Source of the DNA: the human T2T-CHM13v2.0 reference genome, Homo sapiens
NCBI RefSeq assembly: GCF_009914755.1
Contig: NC_060934.1
Reading direction: 5' to 3' (one strand)
Length of the DNA: 64,000 nucleotides
Positions 59,217 through 64,000 of this stretch are shown here, piece after piece. The position numbers and the translations under genes are program-made. The notes under the pieces are model-generated. The model was not told the origin of the DNA and made no database searches. It saw nothing but the letters and a program-made list of their open reading frames with translations. Position 1 is the stretch's first letter. Each line of letters starts with the position of its first letter.

Positions 59217-59484
59217 CACTTATACACTGTTGGTGGAAATATAAATTAGTACAGCCTCTATGGAAAAGAGCATAGAGATCTTTCAAAGAACTAAAAGCAG
59301 ATCTACCCTGCGATCCAGCAATCCCATTACTGGGTATCTACCCAAAGGAAAATAAGTCATTATATTAAAAAGACATCTGCACTTCTATGTTTCTCACAGC
59401 ACAATTCACAATTGCAAAGATATAGAATCAACCTAAGTACCCATCAACCGATAAGTGGATTTTAAAAATGTGTTACACCATGGA

Positions 59485-59551
<67 letters not shown>

Positions 59552-59947
59552 CACACACACACACACAAACACACACACAATGGAATACCACTGAGCCATA
59601 AAAAAGAATGAAATAATGCCTTTTGCGGCAACATGGATAGAATGGGAGGCTATTATCCTAAGTGAAGTAACTCAGGAATAGAAAACTAAACACTGCATGT
59701 TCTCACTTATAAATGGAAGCTAAGCATAGGGCACACACAGGCATACAGAGTGGCATAATGAACACTGGAGACGCAGAAGTGGGGAAGGTGGGAGGAGTGT
59801 GAAGGATTAAAAAAATCACCTATTGGGTACAATGTACACTATTCAGGTGATGAGTACAATAGAAGCTGAGACTTCACACTATACAGTTCATCCATGTAAA
59901 CAAAAACCACTTGTACCCTTAAAGCTACTGATTCTTTTTAAAAGAAA
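59217..59947 (+). mobile_element. L1PB-type 3' end
   Basis: gatccagcaatcccattactgggtatctacccaaagg...gtaactcaggaa...cctattgggtacaatgtacact. Confidence 0.85.
59488..59579 (+). repeat. Compound microsatellite (TC)16(AT)~15(AC)~14
   Basis: Direct read. Confidence 0.97.
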
Positions 59948-60439
59948 AGACAAGACAGGAGAGGGTAAATACAATTGCTCTGAGAGTATTTGTACAAAAA
60001 AAATTATATAGAGACCTACATACAAACAGGTTGTATAATCATCCTGACCCTGAAAGGCTCTGTTCAAATAATTTATAAAGATTTAAGTCAAAGAAGTTAA
60101 CACCTAAGACCCAATAGGATATCCAGAATGAGAATATTCCATTATTAAACCCATATTTATCAAATTGCTAACAGGCACTGAATACTATAGTTTATAGGAA
60201 GACTAAACAGCTTACAGACATACAGGTATCCTCAAAGTTAGTTTCTTAATTGCTGTTTCTAGTTATGCTAAGGGTTTCTGCATTCTATGTACTTGGTTAC
60301 TTAGAGAGACAAGGCCCTTAGTTATGATGAAGAATATGAATTAAAGCATAAATCAGACACCCCAAGGAGCTTGCCTGGTTTGCCAAATACAGATATCATG
60401 CATATAAAGGTTGAGCTATAGAATGTGTTTTATTGTGAT

Positions 60440-61740
<1,301 letters not shown>

Positions 61741-62323
61741 TAGTAATTGAAGATAACATTTCAATTGAGGCAATTGAAGATAAAGACTCCAGAATAAGGA
61801 AATATTTCTTAAAATTTCTTAAACAGATGACATCAGCACTCACCATAAAACAAAACCATAATAAATTGAAATACATAAAAAAAGTAAGAACTTTTGTTTA
61901 TTAAAGAAATCAAGAATGGGAAGGAAAGCCAAGAGTGGGGGAAGATATTTGCAATACATATAAATGCCAAAGGACTCTTATCCAGCATCTACAAAGAACA
62001 CCTCATCTATTGCTTGCTGTAGGACAAGTTATCCCAACATTTAGGGGCTTAAACAACAAATATGTATTATCTCACAGTTTCTATGGGTCAGACACCTGAG
62101 CATGACTTAGTTGAGTACCTATGACTTAGAGTCTCCCATGAGATTGGAGTTGAGCTGTCAGCGGGGGCTCTGGTCATCTCAAGACCTCACTCGGAGAGGA
62201 GCTGCTGTGGGCAGGAACCAGGTGCTTTCTGGCTCTTGGCTGGAGACATCAGTTTCTTGCCATGTGGCCCACTCCATAGGTCAGCTCACAAGGCAGTTGG
62301 CTTCTCCTAGAGCAAAGGCTCCA

Positions 62324-62335
62324 AGATAGACAGAC

Positions 62336-62366
<31 letters not shown>

Positions 62367-62487
62367 CAGACAGATAGGTGATAGATAATAGGTAGACAGA
62401 TAATAGATGATAGACAGAGAGATGATAGATAATAGATAGATGATTGATAATAGATGATTGATTGATAAAGATAGCTAGACAGACAGA
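62324..62487 (+). repeat. (GATA)n/(GACA)n complex tetranucleotide repeat
   Basis: Direct read; ~7 perfect GATA units at 62337-62364. Confidence 0.95.
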
Positions 62488-62585
62488 GAACCAGTAAGAT
62501 GGAAGTCACCATCTTCTTGTAACTGGATGTCAGAAGTGATGTCTTTCTCATCTTTGCTGTATTCTACTCATCAGAAGTGAATCAT

Positions 62586-62906
62586 AGTTGGGCATGGTGG
62601 CTCACCCCTGTAATCCCAGCACTTTGGGAGGCCAAGGGCAGATTGCTTGAGGTCATGAGTTTGAGACCAGCCTGGCCAACATGGTGAAACCCCATCTCAC
62701 TAAAAATACAAAAATTAGCTGCGTGTGGTGGTGGGCGCCTGTAATCCCAGCTAAGCGGGAGGCTGAGGCACGAGAATTGCTTAAACTGGACGTGGGTTGG
62801 GGCACAGAGGCTGCAGTGAGCTGAGCTCACACCACTCACTCGAGCCTGGGCAACACAGCAAGACTCCATCTCAAAAAAAAAAAAGAAAGAAAAGAAAAGA
62901 AAAGAA
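62586..62906 (+). mobile_element. AluS
   Basis: Dimer; TSD AGAAGTGA(A/G)TCAT. Confidence 0.93.
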
Positions 62907-64000
62907 AGAAGTGAGTCATTAGATTTGGTCCACACTCAAGGGAGAGGTACACAAGGGTGGGAACACAGCAGGGGATGGTCCCTGGAGGCCGTTTTAGAGG
63001 CTTCCTACCACATTCTCACAAATCAATGAGAAGAAACAAACAGCACAATAGAAAAACGGACAAATAATTCAGCCCACACTTTATGAAATAAAATATCGCA
63101 ATTGTCAATAAACAGAGGAAATAGTACTCATTAGTCATGGCAGAAATAAAAATGAAAACCAAGATGAAATACTTCCACATAACCAACAGACTAGCTAACA
63201 ATAAAAAGGCAGAACATACACCAAGTGTGGGCAAGGATGTGGGACAACTGGAAGTCTCATACACAGCTGGTGGGAGTATAAATTTGTATGATCACCTTAT
63301 AAAACAATTTGGCAGTATTTATTAAAGCTAAACACATATATTTTATGACCCAGCACTTCCATACCTAGAAAAATGCCTAACAAAATTGCATGTTTGTGTA
63401 CACTCAAAAGATGTGTGTAAGAAGATTCATAGCAGCTTTACTTATAATAACCAAAAACCTGAAAACCTCCCAAATGTCTGTCAACAATAGAATAGATGAA
63501 TAAATTGCAAATAATCATGCAATCAATTACAATAAAGCAACAAAAAGCGATAAACTACTGCTATATGTTAATAATATGAATGGATCTCATGAAATAACAT
63601 TAAATAAAGAAATGAGCCAGAAAAATACACATCCTGTACAATTGTATTTATATAAAACTCAGAAACTGGCCAAACGAATCCATGATGAGGGGAGTGTGGA
63701 AAGTGGTCTGTTTTTGTAGGACTCAATGACTGCGAGGGATCAAGGTGGAAGGGACTAGGGACCTGGTAATGTCCTGTTTTCTTGATACAGTGATACGGGC
63801 CATTAACTTTGTGAAAATTCAATGGCTATATACACTTATGATTAATGCACTCTTCTGTATGCATATATTTCAATAAAATTTTTCCTAAAAAAAACTTTTT
63901 GACAAACTTTCTGCTGTGCTATTCAGAATGGCACCTGTGAATAAACTTACTAATAAATAAATTTATTTAAAACTGAAAATATATCCATTGATGCTAGGTC

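Larger units (their letters stand above)
62006..63012 (-). mobile_element. MaLR LTR MLT1 (MLT1F-like) containing a GATA repeat and an Alu
   Basis: ggcttaaacaacaa...ttatctcacagtttct...gttttagaggcttcctaccaca. Confidence 0.75.
61765..63890 (+). mobile_element. Old L1ME-type ORF2 C-terminus/3' end, split by MLT1
   Basis: gaagatatttgcaatacat...; resumes ~63013 with ggcaaggatgtgggacaactggaa...aatagaatagatgaataaattg. Confidence 0.75.

Overview
Human (primate) non-coding genomic DNA, roughly half interspersed repeats, with no recognisable host protein-coding exon, RNA gene or CRISPR array. Positions 1-3700 are the 5' part of a full-length, young L1HS-type LINE-1 on the minus strand: complete 5'UTR, intact ORF1, ORF2 open to the window edge, and intact antisense ORF0. 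The rest holds about 20 Alus, old L1M/L1P fragments, L2/L3/MIR, ERV1 and MaLR LTRs, DNA-transposon MITEs and microsatellites. I found no convincing new gene system. The most unusual structures are: (1) a ~160-bp HERV-H LTR7 3' piece that looks retrocopied by L1 machinery, with target-site duplications (TSDs) and a twin-priming 5' inversion (19978-20165); (2) a ~145-bp inverted duplication 1 kb apart (60440-61740); (3) a composite Alu carrying foreign sequence inside one TSD pair (54776-55348); (4) one L1-endonuclease site used twice (57806-58360). Repeat subfamily names are from recalled consensus sequences, not a database search, and old-repeat boundaries are approximate.
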